Positions 44,521 through 55,827 are shown, numbered from the stretch's first letter. The stretch: DNA of 64,000 bases from a virus (IMGVR_UViG_2609459822_000013:1-64000); one strand, 5' to 3'. Notes: generated by a model from the letters alone, not told the origin. Made by a program: numbers and translations.

Positions 44521-44993
44521 ACGTTGAAACGCCAGCGCAAGGGCTTCGCTTATTGACCGCGCAGAATCAGGAATTCAAGAAGGCTTTTTTAAATACACCT
44601 TTGCGGTTACGGATTGCCGGGAAAGATTATAACGAAAAGACGGCCCCGGCAGCGGTTAATAGTAAATACCCTGACGGAACTACCGTCATTATTGCGCCAG
44701 TAGTTGAAGGCGGTATTGCTGGGATTGGTGTTGTAGGCTGGATCCTGATTGGTGTTTCGGTGGTTAGCGTTGCGTTCTCAATCTTTATGTCCCGCAACAT
44801 GAAGATAAAAACATCGGCAGAAAGCGCACAAGATAACACCATAACGAACAACACCTACACCAGCATTGAAAACAAGGTGGGCCAGGGTAGACCAGTGCCA
44901 ATACTATTAGGTGAAATGAAAATAGGTTCAAACGTCGGATCGTTAGGCATAGACACAAGCAACAATAGAGACGCCTTAGACGTTGTAAGTTAA
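44463..44993 (+). CDS. tail assembly protein I
   Basis: lambda gpI-like pattern (RIAG.D..., Gly/Ala hydrophobic core, LGEMKIGSNV). Confidence 0.7.
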   Translation: MLKFRFTGNLRRYYSKVCLNVETPAQGLRLLTAQNQEFKKAFLNTPLRLRIAGKDYNEKTAPAAVNSKYPDGTTVIIAPVVEGGIAGIGVVGWILIGVSVVSVAFSIFMSRNMKIKTSAESAQDNTITNNTYTSIENKVGQGRPVPILLGEMKIGSNVGSLGIDTSNNRDALDVVS

Positions 44994-45006
44994 CAGGAGA
45001 AAAACC

Positions 45007-48000
45007 ATGAGTAGCGGCGGCGGCAAAGCCAAAACACCAACATTATTGAACGATAACCTGTATCACAAACAGTTTTATCGTGTTTTAGATATTCTCAGCG
45101 AAGGGCCGATATACGGTCCGGTAAACCAGAAAGCGCCATTGAATGACGTGATGCTTAATGACACTCCTGTTACTGACGCAAACGGGAATACATCAATTCC
45201 GGGGATTAGTATAGCCTGGCGCAACGGCACGGCTGACCAATCGCCGATTAATGGTTTTAACGCCATTGAGTCAACCGTTATTGTCAACGCAAAGGTAACT
45301 CACGACACACCAATAATCAGGACTGTTTCAGATCCAAACGTTACCCGCGTCAGGTTGAATCTTGGTGTTGATGCTCTCGTTCAGTCAGATGAAAAGGGCA
45401 ATCAATATAATACATCCGTCATGTTGATGGTTGATGTTAAACCGTCATCATCTTCTACGTGGTCGCTGATTAAAGACATACACATTGGCCCTGGTAAACA
45501 AAGCGGTGAATACCTGGAAGCTCACATCATTAAAGCGCCGGATGAAAAACCGTTTGATATTCGCGTTCGTCGCATAACACCAGACAGCAACGGCGATCTA
45601 TTGCGGAATGATACGCGGTGGAGTAGTTACAGCGAAATAATAGATGATAATCTGTCTTATCCTCATACCGCTGTAGCTGGCGCCGTAATTGACCATGATC
45701 AGTATACTGATACGCCTACCCGCACCTATCACCTTCGCGGCCTGATTGTTGATGTGCCTGACAACTACAACCCTGAAACGCGCACATATTCAGGTTTATG
45801 GCTTGGTGGGTTTAAAAAGGCGTATACCAATAACCCTGCATGGCTTTTCCGGTATCTGGTTAAAAACGAGCGCTTTGGACTTGCTCGACATGCTGGTTAC
45901 ATTGATGTTGATGATGGCGCTTTGTACGTGCTTTCTCAATACTGCGATCAGTTGGTTGATGATGGCTATGGTGGCCTTGAACCTCGCATGACGCTTAACG
46001 CTTACATTACGGAGCAAATGAGCGCCCGCGACTTACTGGATAACATCGCAGGTATGTTCCGTGGTATCGCGTTATGGGACGGACAACGTCTTACCGTGAT
46101 GATTGATGCGCCACAAGATCCAATCGCCACCATCACAAATGCAAACGTCGTTGATGGCGCGTTTACTCGTTCAAGTATCGCACGCGCAGAATGCTACAAC
46201 GCCGTGATCGTATCCTGGACTGACCCTGAAAACGGCTGGGAGCAATCAAAAGAATATGTCGCAGATGATAAACTAATCGCCCGTGATGGTTATAACGAAA
46301 CCACGTTGGAGGCGTTCGGTTGCACTTCACGCGGGCAAGCGCACCGCGCTGGTAAATGGCTGATCGAAACAGCGAAACGCGAGCCGTCAAAATTCACATT
46401 TAAAATGGCCCGTGACGCCATTCACTTTACGCCGGGGGATATAATCGAGATCCTCGATAATAATCGCGCAGGCGCTCGTTTAGGCGGTCGCATCGTGGCG
46501 AACAATGGCAGAGCGATCACGGTCGACAAGGTTGATTCTGAATATATCGCGGCTGGCGACACCATCAGCTTACTTGATAGCGATGGTAAATTTAAAAAAC
46601 ACCAGATCATCGGAGTTAACGGGAACATTATCACCCTTGCAGCCGCCCCGGCGTGGATTCGTAACGGCACTGTTTTTGCTGTATCAACCAACGCAGCAAA
46701 ACCCGTTTTATGTCGAATCACCAGTGTAGCAGAAACAGAAAATAACAGCGTATACACCATCGAGGCCGCACAGCATGATCCACATAAGCAGGCCGTAGTC
46801 GATAATGGCGCAATCTTCGAGATCAATAACGACACGCTTAATCACTTCCGCGTGCCGAACATTGAAAATCTGAAGGTGTTAAACGTTGGATCTGAAACGG
46901 TTCAATGTCGCGCAACATGGGAAACACAGACGACAACGCGTCGCCTGACCTTTGAGATTCGCGTGTATAACGCCGAAGGCGCTGTAGTTAAAAGCTACGA
47001 AACCACGAATTACAGTTATGATTTTTATGGCATTGATGCTGGCAACTACTCATTAGGCATTCGTGGCAGAAATGACACGGGCATGAAGGGTGCGGAAAGC
47101 ATTGTCGATCTGGTTATTGGCGCACCAGCGGCCCCAGTTGGCGTTAATTGGGTTCCCGGTGTATTCCAGGCTACAGTTTACCCGATCAGCAGAACAACGC
47201 TCACCACTGATACCAGTTACGAGTTTTATTACTCAGGTGAAACGCAGATCACTGATCCGGCATCAATAACCACTAAAGCACAATATACCGGGCGTGGTCA
47301 TCAGTGGACGTTTGGCGGCATGAATACAGGTCACACATATTACGTTTATGTGCGCGCGCGTAACGCTTTTGGTGTGTCTGACTTTGTGGAAGCGTCAGGT
47401 AAGCCAACAGAAAACTTTGATGAAATTACCGATTACGTCACCAAAGACGTAATGAATTCCAAACAATTTAAAGAAATGGTTGGTGACATTAAAGATCTAG
47501 GCGACCGCACTGATCTTATCGAAAGCGCTACGAATGACCTTAAAACTGCTACTGACAACCTCAAAACTGCAACTGATAATCTGACCAACATAACTGACGA
47601 TTTAAGGACTGAAACTGACAACCTAACCATAGAAACAGGATCAATAAAAGCTGATACTGATACGCTCAAAAAAGAAACGGAAGATCTTTATAAAAAAGTT
47701 AAGGAAAACGCCGATGATATTGGACAGCATGAGTCGAGAATCGACTCGCTGGAGGTGTCTAGCGAAAAAGTTGGCAGCGAACTGGCGCAAGCAAAAGCAA
47801 GTCTGCAAAACGCCTCACTTGCTCTTATTAATAACTCGCTTGCACAGACTAACACTCGCGTAACTCTTACCGCTCAGTACAAGAAAGGCAGGACAGAGAC
47901 GAAAGCGGAAATTGACCGCATTGACAACGTTATCGCTGAAGAGAAAAAAGCGACAGCGGAATCACTGGAAACCATCACGGCAGAAATGAATGTGATGGAC

Positions 48001-49977
48001 ACAAACCTTAAAGGTCAGATCTCTAATGTGCAACGCGCAGTAGCTGACGAGGCCAGCGCCCGCGCTGAAGCTATTAACGGTGTAAATGCCTCAATAAGCA
48101 ATCTTGACAAGAAAACTGACGCCAGCGTAAACCGTCTTGATCAGGCAATTGCAGACGAAACAAGTGCGCGTACTCAGGCTATCAGCGACGTGAACGCAAG
48201 TATCTCAACACTTGACAAGAAAACTGACGCCAGCGTTAAGCGCCTCGATAATGCAATATCAGATGAAACGCAGGCAAGAAGCGACGCAATAACAGTGGTT
48301 AAAGCTGATTTAACAACGCTTGAAAATAACACAAATGCCAGTGTTAGCCGTCTTGATCAAGCTATCGCTGATGAATCAAGCGCACGTGCTCAGGCGATAT
48401 CAGGTATCAGCGCGACGCTTGGCGGCGTTAAAAGTGAGGTTGATAAAAACAGCGACGAGATAGATCAGGCGAAAGCAAGTCTGCAAAACGCATCTCTGGC
48501 GCTTATTAATAACTCAATGGCGCAAAGCAAGATGAGCACTGTTATTGAGGCGAAATACAGGAAAGGACAAACAAAAACAAAAGCGGAAATAGCAAGGGTA
48601 GACACAGCAATCGCAGATGAGGCGAGCGCACGCGCAGAAGCTATTAGCAACGTTAACGCCAGCGTCAGTAGTCTTGAAAGCAAAACCGACGCGAGCGTTT
48701 CCCGTCTTGATAAAGCAATCGCAGATGAGGCGAGCGCACGCGCAGAAGCTATTAGCGGGGTTAATGCGTCAATTTCCACGCTCGATAGCAAGGTGACAAG
48801 CAACGTAACCAGGATGGATAAAGCGATCGCAGATGAGAAGAATGCACGCACTGACGCAATCAGCAGCCTTAACTCATCGCTTACCAGTACGATTAATTCG
48901 AAAGTATCCGAAGTGTCAACTGCACTTTCTACGCATGAAACATCAAGCGCGGAAAAATTTGGCCAGATCTCGGCATCTTTCGACGATGTAAACTCAAGCA
49001 TCACGGAATGGTCACAGGCTATGGCAACGGCAGACGAGGCATTGTCAACCAGAATCGACCAGTTGAAAGTAACTATTAACGGAAACACAACGGCGATAGA
49101 AACGACATCAAAAGCACTGACTGACTTCAAAGGTAACGTTGATGCGTCATATTCAATTAAGATTGCCACTGATAAAAACGGTATGAAATACGCTACAGGA
49201 ATGTCGCTCGGCCTTACTGGTAGCGGGACTAACGTTCAATCGCAGTGTATTTTCCTCGTTGACCGTTTCGTGCTTATGACTGCGGCAGGTGGCTCCTATC
49301 AGACCCCGTTCTATGTTACTAACGGTGCTTGCTACATCCGTGATGCGTGGATCAGAGACGCATCAATCACTACCGCGAAGATTGCGCAGCAAATTCAGTC
49401 AACCAACTATAAAGCTGGTTCGGCTGGCTGGATGCTAAATAAAAACGGCAATGCGGAGTTCAACAACGTCACTGTACGCGGTACGGTGTACGCAACATCT
49501 GGTAAATTCACTGGTGAGATTCAGGCCACAAGCGGGAAGTTTAAAGGTACAGTAGAGGCAAAGTCATTTGTCGGTGACGTTGCTAACATGGGGGTTGGTC
49601 CAGATCGAGTGCTTGGGCATAACGGAAGTTATAGCGCAACCATCACATATAAAGACAGCACGGATAATGCATTGACGAAATCAGTTATGCTTATGGCGAC
49701 TATTTCATTAATGTCTGGTGAATATAGATCCACTTATAACGTAACGTTTAGTTGCGGAGATAAAAACAAAACAATTTCATATTACGTGCCTTATGGTGGA
49801 TGCACATTAACAGTGCAATGCGCTTTTTCTGGTTTAAAAGCATCAGATATTATCGGGAAAATATATTGTCCTCAAACATCATCATCTGAAGGATACGCAT
49901 ATTGTACCGCGTTGTATTCTCCAACAATGATAGTAGCAAGAGGCACCGGATCATTTAGAACATCAACGACAGCATAA
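45007..49977 (+). CDS. host specificity protein J (central tail fibre), extended with coiled-coil repeat insert
   Basis: 1656 aa; position after I; internal tandem repeat arrays. Confidence 0.8.
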   Translation: MSSGGGKAKTPTLLNDNLYHKQFYRVLDILSEGPIYGPVNQKAPLNDVMLNDTPVTDANGNTSIPGISIAWRNGTADQSPINGFNAIESTVIVNAKVTHDTPIIRTVSDPNVTRVRLNLGVDALVQSDEKGNQYNTSVMLMVDVKPSSSSTWSLIKDIHIGPGKQSGEYLEAHIIKAPDEKPFDIRVRRITPDSNGDLLRNDTRWSSYSEIIDDNLSYPHTAVAGAVIDHDQYTDTPTRTYHLRGLIVDVPDNYNPETRTYSGLWLGGFKKAYTNNPAWLFRYLVKNERFGLARHAGYIDVDDGALYVLSQYCDQLVDDGYGGLEPRMTLNAYITEQMSARDLLDNIAGMFRGIALWDGQRLTVMIDAPQDPIATITNANVVDGAFTRSSIARAECYNAVIVSWTDPENGWEQSKEYVADDKLIARDGYNETTLEAFGCTSRGQAHRAGKWLIETAKREPSKFTFKMARDAIHFTPGDIIEILDNNRAGARLGGRIVANNGRAITVDKVDSEYIAAGDTISLLDSDGKFKKHQIIGVNGNIITLAAAPAWIRNGTVFAVSTNAAKPVLCRITSVAETENNSVYTIEAAQHDPHKQAVVDNGAIFEINNDTLNHFRVPNIENLKVLNVGSETVQCRATWETQTTTRRLTFEIRVYNAEGAVVKSYETTNYSYDFYGIDAGNYSLGIRGRNDTGMKGAESIVDLVIGAPAAPVGVNWVPGVFQATVYPISRTTLTTDTSYEFYYSGETQITDPASITTKAQYTGRGHQWTFGGMNTGHTYYVYVRARNAFGVSDFVEASGKPTENFDEITDYVTKDVMNSKQFKEMVGDIKDLGDRTDLIESATNDLKTATDNLKTATDNLTNITDDLRTETDNLTIETGSIKADTDTLKKETEDLYKKVKENADDIGQHESRIDSLEVSSEKVGSELAQAKASLQNASLALINNSLAQTNTRVTLTAQYKKGRTETKAEIDRIDNVIAEEKKATAESLETITAEMNVMDTNLKGQISNVQRAVADEASARAEAINGVNASISNLDKKTDASVNRLDQAIADETSARTQAISDVNASISTLDKKTDASVKRLDNAISDETQARSDAITVVKADLTTLENNTNASVSRLDQAIADESSARAQAISGISATLGGVKSEVDKNSDEIDQAKASLQNASLALINNSMAQSKMSTVIEAKYRKGQTKTKAEIARVDTAIADEASARAEAISNVNASVSSLESKTDASVSRLDKAIADEASARAEAISGVNASISTLDSKVTSNVTRMDKAIADEKNARTDAISSLNSSLTSTINSKVSEVSTALSTHETSSAEKFGQISASFDDVNSSITEWSQAMATADEALSTRIDQLKVTINGNTTAIETTSKALTDFKGNVDASYSIKIATDKNGMKYATGMSLGLTGSGTNVQSQCIFLVDRFVLMTAAGGSYQTPFYVTNGACYIRDAWIRDASITTAKIAQQIQSTNYKAGSAGWMLNKNGNAEFNNVTVRGTVYATSGKFTGEIQATSGKFKGTVEAKSFVGDVANMGVGPDRVLGHNGSYSATITYKDSTDNALTKSVMLMATISLMSGEYRSTYNVTFSCGDKNKTISYYVPYGGCTLTVQCAFSGLKASDIIGKIYCPQTSSSEGYAYCTALYSPTMIVARGTGSFRTSTTA

Positions 49978-50006
49978 AAAAACGGGGCATAAGCCCCGTT
50001 TTTTTA
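49975..50006. terminator. bidirectional terminator after J
   Basis: ACGGGGC-ATAA-GCCCCGT flanked by A7 and T7. Confidence 0.65.
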
Positions 50007-50016
50007 TGCATTGTTT

Positions 50017-50262
50017 TTATTTTTTACACCCATCATTTACACCAGAAAAATGGATAGGTAAATTACATTCACTGTCAATAATTTTACCTTGTAGTTGTTT
50101 TTCTTTCCATGAGTCAGTATTGAAATAACTCGAACGTTGGTTATCAAGGCCAGTATCACCATATTGAGCAGTGCCAGCATCACTCTTATCTGTCGAATTT
50201 ACAGAAGCAAAAGCACCAAAAGACAGAGCTGATAAGATGCAAGCAACAATTAGTTTTTTCAT
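50017..50262 (-). CDS. moron: small secreted protein (81 aa precursor, 2 Cys)
   Basis: signal peptide MKKLIVACILSALSFGAFA; AAGGTG RBS; reverse strand between J and tail fibre. Confidence 0.55.
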   Translation of the reverse strand: MKKLIVACILSALSFGAFASVNSTDKSDAGTAQYGDTGLDNQRSSYFNTDSWKEKQLQGKIIDSECNLPIHFSGVNDGCKK

Positions 50263-50408
50263 TGTATTCACCTTACTGTTTGTTTTACTGTCATTTGTTG
50301 TTCGTGATGATCCACCCATCCGATGAGCAAATCACCGCAGAAGCTATCATTTCGTATGTTGATATAGATCAAAAAATACATTATGCATAAGCTCAAAGTG
50401 TAACGCGG

Positions 50409-50422
50409 ATTACAAAATGGTA
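50409..50422 (+). repeat. dispersed motif copy ATTACAAAATGGTA
   Basis: core ACAAAATGG. Confidence 0.5.
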
Positions 50423-50459
50423 GAATTATTCCGTTAATTAACATAATGGAGTCATTGCA

Positions 50460-52247
50460 ATGATTTACACAACAGGCACGATAGCCGTTAGCGGAAAAAC
50501 AGTTACTGGAGCTGGCACTGAATTCAATGCCGCATTATCTATGATTAGAGTGGGTTGCACCCTTATTGCCATTAGCAATCCGGTGCAGATTTTCTCAATC
50601 ACAGAGGTAAAAAGCGCGACAAGTTTGTCAGTAACTCCGGCGGCAAGCCCGGCAATTCCGGCTGGAACTAAATATAGCATCCTGCTTTCAGATTCGATCT
50701 CTGTGGATGGCCTTGCTCAGGATGTTGCCGAAACACTGCGTTACTATCAGGGCAAAGAATCAGAAATAGCTGACGCCGTTGAATTTTTTAGCGACAACAA
50801 AGATGTTATTTCAGCCTCGAAATTAGCATCAGAATCAGCTACCACTGCAACCAACGCGGCAACAACAGCGACAACCGCCGCCGATTCAGCTAAGACATAC
50901 AGAGACGAGGCCCACGAATACGCCAATCAGACGGCACAGCCTTACGCGTATGTTTTGCAGCCGCTGCCGGACGTATGGATACCGTTTAACGATTCTCTGG
51001 ATATAATCACTGGCTACGGCTCAGGCACGAAAAAAGTAACCATTGATGGTGAAGAAAAAACAATATCATCAGATAAGGTTGTTTCTTTCTCCCGCGCAAG
51101 TACAGCTACTTACATTAATAAATCAGGAGTTTTAACCGTAGCTGATATTAACGAGCCACGTTTCGAACGCGAAGGATTATTAATCGAAGGTGCTCGCACA
51201 AACTTCCTTATCAACGGTAGCGTCCCTGCAAATTGGGGCCGATCAACTAATGTCACCGCTACAGCAGAAACTGACAGCTACGGTTTCCTGTACGGAAAAT
51301 TCGTGATCGACGACAGTGCAGTTGGCGGCACTGGTGGTTGCAACATGGCGTCAGTGATCACTGCTAACGTTATCGACACTACTCAGCACGATGAACAGTA
51401 CGTCACCGCTTCTTGTCGTTTTCGTTCGTCAAACGACGTCCGGTTGCGTATCCGTTTTGCTGGTGGTGAAGACACTTCCAGTCTGGCATTCCTGTGTGAT
51501 GCGTATATCAAACTAAGCGACATGTCTGTAACGAAGACAGGCGGCGATGCAGACAAACTCACTGTTAGCGTAACAACGGACAGCATCACCGGATGGAATC
51601 GCGCAGTGGTGACGTATAAATCAACCGTAACGCTGGTTACCGCGCAAATTCAGTTTGCTCCGGTTAGCGCGTTCGTGTCCGGCGACTACATGGAACTGGC
51701 AACTCCTCAAGTCGAACTTGGTACGAATGCATCATCGTATATTAGCTCAGGTTCAACTCCTTCTACCCGTGCGAGCGATATGGTAAGTATTACGACTAAA
51801 AACAACCTTGCGCGTCCTCCGTTCAGTTTCCTGCTCGAACTTCACAAGGACTGGTTCAGAGCGCCTAACTCCGCGCCGCGTGTTTGGGATATTGCCAACG
51901 CTAAGAATGGGCAGTCAGTTATCGCTGCGGTTAACCGTGGTAGCAATCAGTATTACATGTCTCTATCCAAAAGCGACGGTGCTTACATCAATTCTGCCGC
52001 TGGTGTTAAGTTAACTGATAACGCCACTATTGGCGCGGTGGTTAAAGGAGATGGAACATTCCATGTGATCATGAACGGTGCACCTGCTAGTGATGCGACT
52101 TGTATCTACGGTGGTGTGACACAGGACAAAAACATCCGCTTTGGTGGTCAGACATCCGATGGAACGCGCCACTTGTTCGGACATATCAGAAATTTTCGTA
52201 TTTGGCACAAAGCATTAACTGATTCTCAATTAAGCGAAATTGTTTAA
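50460..52247 (+). CDS. side tail fibre protein with C-terminal LamG/ConA-like domain
   Basis: 595 aa; Thr/Ala-rich fibre N-terminus; C-terminal ...FGHIRNFRIWHKALTDSQLSEIV. Confidence 0.6.
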   Translation: MIYTTGTIAVSGKTVTGAGTEFNAALSMIRVGCTLIAISNPVQIFSITEVKSATSLSVTPAASPAIPAGTKYSILLSDSISVDGLAQDVAETLRYYQGKESEIADAVEFFSDNKDVISASKLASESATTATNAATTATTAADSAKTYRDEAHEYANQTAQPYAYVLQPLPDVWIPFNDSLDIITGYGSGTKKVTIDGEEKTISSDKVVSFSRASTATYINKSGVLTVADINEPRFEREGLLIEGARTNFLINGSVPANWGRSTNVTATAETDSYGFLYGKFVIDDSAVGGTGGCNMASVITANVIDTTQHDEQYVTASCRFRSSNDVRLRIRFAGGEDTSSLAFLCDAYIKLSDMSVTKTGGDADKLTVSVTTDSITGWNRAVVTYKSTVTLVTAQIQFAPVSAFVSGDYMELATPQVELGTNASSYISSGSTPSTRASDMVSITTKNNLARPPFSFLLELHKDWFRAPNSAPRVWDIANAKNGQSVIAAVNRGSNQYYMSLSKSDGAYINSAAGVKLTDNATIGAVVKGDGTFHVIMNGAPASDATCIYGGVTQDKNIRFGGQTSDGTRHLFGHIRNFRIWHKALTDSQLSEIV

Positions 52248-52257
52248 GGTGGTTAAC

Positions 52258-52524
52258 ATGAAAGACGTTAGCTTGCAATTTACTGATAAACAGCAATACA
52301 ACGACATCGTGATTAACAGCGGCTGGCTGGACACCAATCAGCAAACCGTGTTTATTAATGACATTGGTTTTGTTCTTGTATTCGATGATCCAGAAAGCGA
52401 CACGCCTGTACTGATTGAGAAAAAAGGCTATTACGTCAACATGCGCATTACTGGTGACGATGTTGATTTGTCGCCGCTGGAAAAATTCATCATTCCAGAT
52501 CCCGGCGTCCGCGCGTGGGCTTGA
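52258..52524 (+). CDS. hypothetical protein downstream of tail fibre
   Basis: 88 aa ORF, last prophage gene before host DNA. Confidence 0.4.
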   Translation: MKDVSLQFTDKQQYNDIVINSGWLDTNQQTVFINDIGFVLVFDDPESDTPVLIEKKGYYVNMRITGDDVDLSPLEKFIIPDPGVRAWA

Positions 52525-52567
52525 TGGTGCAATAGTAACAGCATGGTGATGTTAAAGACATCGCCGC

Positions 52568-52597
52568 GAAACGAGGCTAACGCCTCGTTTCTTTTTG
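52568..52597 (+). terminator. Rho-independent terminator at prophage right end
   Basis: GAAACGAGGC-TAAC-GCCTCGTTTC followed by TTTTT. Confidence 0.6.
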
Positions 52598-52971
52598 TGT
52601 ACCAAATAGTGACCAAATATCAAAAACCAAAATCAAAAACAACATAACATTCTGTTTCATAAATGATTATTCGTTGCGCTAATCATTCCAGACAGGACTG
52701 GTGAGTAAGTCCAGGGTATTGAAGTTGTGCGTAATCATTGAGATCCCGTTATTTTTATCAATTTTTGTTGCTATCCGATCGCAAAAAAGCCACGTCATAT
52801 GATCAGATAATTCTGATAATGATAGACGCTATTTAACACTTCACACGGTTTGTATATGGAAAAGCATTTTGCTTTTTGTATTCAATTTAGACAGAATTTT
52901 ATTAATCATTTCAGGGTAATGGGGTGATGAGATGTTGCGTAACAGGGCCAGAAGGCTAGACTACAAAATAA

Positions 52972-53976
<1,005 letters not shown>

Positions 53977-54022
53977 CAAAAGCAATTTTCCCGGATGTCT
54001 GTATACAAAAACGCCGCAAAGT

Positions 54023-54036
54023 TTGAGCGAAGTCAA
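54023..54036 (+). promoter_or_regulatory. FNR-box-like site TTGAG-CGAA-GTCAA upstream of fnrS
   Basis: near match to TTGAT-N4-ATCAA; ~35 bp upstream of sRNA 5 prime end. Confidence 0.45.
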
Positions 54037-54071
54037 TAAACTCTCTACCCATTCAGGGCAATATCTCTCTT

Positions 54072-54193
54072 GCAGGTGAATGCAACGTCAAGCGATGGGC
54101 GTTGCGCTCCATATTGTCTTACTTCCTTTTTTGAATTACTGCATAGCACAATTGATTCGTACGACGCCGACTTTGATGAGTCGGCTTTTTTTT
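54072..54193 (+). ncRNA. fnrS: FnrS small regulatory RNA
   Basis: recalled FnrS sequence (GCAGGTGAATGCAACGTCAAGCGATGGGCG...) and zntB-dbpA intergenic location; ends in hairpin GCCGACTTTGATGAGTCGGC + T9. Confidence 0.75.
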
Positions 54194-54250
54194 GCCTGTT
54201 ATTTATCAGCGTCTACCCTTTAAGAGTCCACCCAATGACCGGAGGGAAAT

Positions 54251-54424
54251 ATGACGACACTTATTTATTTGCAAATTCCTGTCCCTGAACCGATTCCTGG
54301 CGATCCTGTTCCAGTGCCCGATCCGATCCCTCGTCCGCAACCCATGCCTGACCCACCACCCGATGAAGAACCGATTAAATTGTCGCATCGTGAGCGTAGA
54401 TCTGCGAGGATACGCGCCTGCTAA
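54251..54424 (+). CDS. small proline-rich protein (57 aa)
   Basis: GGAGGG RBS; MTTLIYLQIPVPEPIPGDPVPVPDPIPRPQPMPDPPPDEEP...; below ORF-track cutoff. Confidence 0.4.
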   Translation: MTTLIYLQIPVPEPIPGDPVPVPDPIPRPQPMPDPPPDEEPIKLSHRERRSARIRAC

Positions 54425-54453
54425 CTTTGCGTCGATGACCACGAGAATAGATT

Positions 54454-55827
54454 GTGACCGCTTTTTCTACCCTGAATGTTTTGCCTCCCGCCCAACTCAC
54501 GAACCTTAATGAGTTGGGTTATTTAACTATGACGCCGGTGCAGGCCGCCGCGCTTCCGGCGATCCTTGCCGGAAAAGATGTTCGCGTGCAGGCGAAAACC
54601 GGCAGCGGCAAAACGGCGGCTTTTGGCCTCGGCTTGTTACAGCAAATTGATGCGTCGCTATTTCAAACCCAGGCTTTAGTGCTGTGTCCTACGCGTGAAC
54701 TGGCGGATCAGGTGGCAGGTGAATTGCGTCGGTTGGCGCGTTTTCTGCCAAATACCAAAATTTTGACGTTGTGCGGTGGTCAACCGTTCGGTATGCAGCG
54801 TGATTCGTTGCAACATGCGCCGCATATTATCGTGGCAACGCCGGGCCGTTTGTTGGATCATCTGCAAAAAGGCACGGTATCACTGGATGCGTTGAATACG
54901 CTGGTGATGGATGAGGCCGACCGCATGCTGGATATGGGATTTAGCGACGCCATTGATGATGTCATCCGTTTTGCGCCAGCATCTCGACAGACGCTTCTGT
55001 TTTCGGCAACCTGGCCGGAAGCCATCGCCGCAATCAGCGGACGAGTGCAACGCGATCCTTTAGCGATTGAAATTGACTCAACAGATGCTCTGCCACCTAT
55101 TGAACAACAATTTTATGAGACATCCAGCAAAGGCAAAATTCCGTTGTTGCAACGGTTATTAAGTTTGCATCAGCCATCCTCTTGCGTGGTGTTTTGCAAT
55201 ACCAAAAAAGATTGCCAGGCTGTCTGCGACGCGCTGAATGAAGTAGGGCAAAGTGCATTGTCGTTACACGGCGATCTGGAGCAACGTGATCGCGATCAGA
55301 CCCTGGTACGTTTTGCTAACGGTAGCGCCCGTGTACTGGTTGCGACTGATGTTGCTGCGCGAGGTCTGGATATTAAATCGCTTGAGCTGGTGGTGAACTT
55401 TGAGCTGGCGTGGGATCCTGAAGTTCATGTGCATCGCATCGGTCGTACAGCGCGTGCAGGAAATAGCGGTCTGGCGATCAGTTTCTGTGCCCCGGAAGAA
55501 GCACAGCGGGCCAATATCATTTCTGACATGTTGCAGATAAAACTTAACTGGCAAACGCCGCCAGTTAATAGTTCTATTGTGCCGCTGGAAACCGAAATGG
55601 CAACGTTATGTATCGATGGCGGGAAAAAAGCCAAAATGCGCCCGGGTGATGTATTAGGTGCGCTGACAGGAGATATCGGGCTTGATGGCGCAGATATTGG
55701 CAAAATCGCCGTGCATCCGGCGCATGTCTATGTCGCGGTGCGTCAGGCTGTTGCTCATAAAGCATGGAAACAGTTACAGGGCGGGAGGATTAAAGGAAAA
55801 ACGTGCCGGGTGCGGTTATTAAAATAA
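54454..55827 (+). CDS. dbpA: ATP-dependent RNA helicase DbpA
   Basis: 457 aa, GTG start; DEAD-box motifs (AKTGSGKT, MDEAD, SAT, HRIGRTAR). Confidence 0.9.
   Translation: MTAFSTLNVLPPAQLTNLNELGYLTMTPVQAAALPAILAGKDVRVQAKTGSGKTAAFGLGLLQQIDASLFQTQALVLCPTRELADQVAGELRRLARFLPNTKILTLCGGQPFGMQRDSLQHAPHIIVATPGRLLDHLQKGTVSLDALNTLVMDEADRMLDMGFSDAIDDVIRFAPASRQTLLFSATWPEAIAAISGRVQRDPLAIEIDSTDALPPIEQQFYETSSKGKIPLLQRLLSLHQPSSCVVFCNTKKDCQAVCDALNEVGQSALSLHGDLEQRDRDQTLVRFANGSARVLVATDVAARGLDIKSLELVVNFELAWDPEVHVHRIGRTARAGNSGLAISFCAPEEAQRANIISDMLQIKLNWQTPPVNSSIVPLETEMATLCIDGGKKAKMRPGDVLGALTGDIGLDGADIGKIAVHPAHVYVAVRQAVAHKAWKQLQGGRIKGKTCRVRLLK

Noticed and set aside
47433-49169. Reverse-strand ORFs 47433-47669 and 48465-49169 inside J
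   Set aside because: Antisense reading of the repetitive coiled-coil region of J; low complexity.
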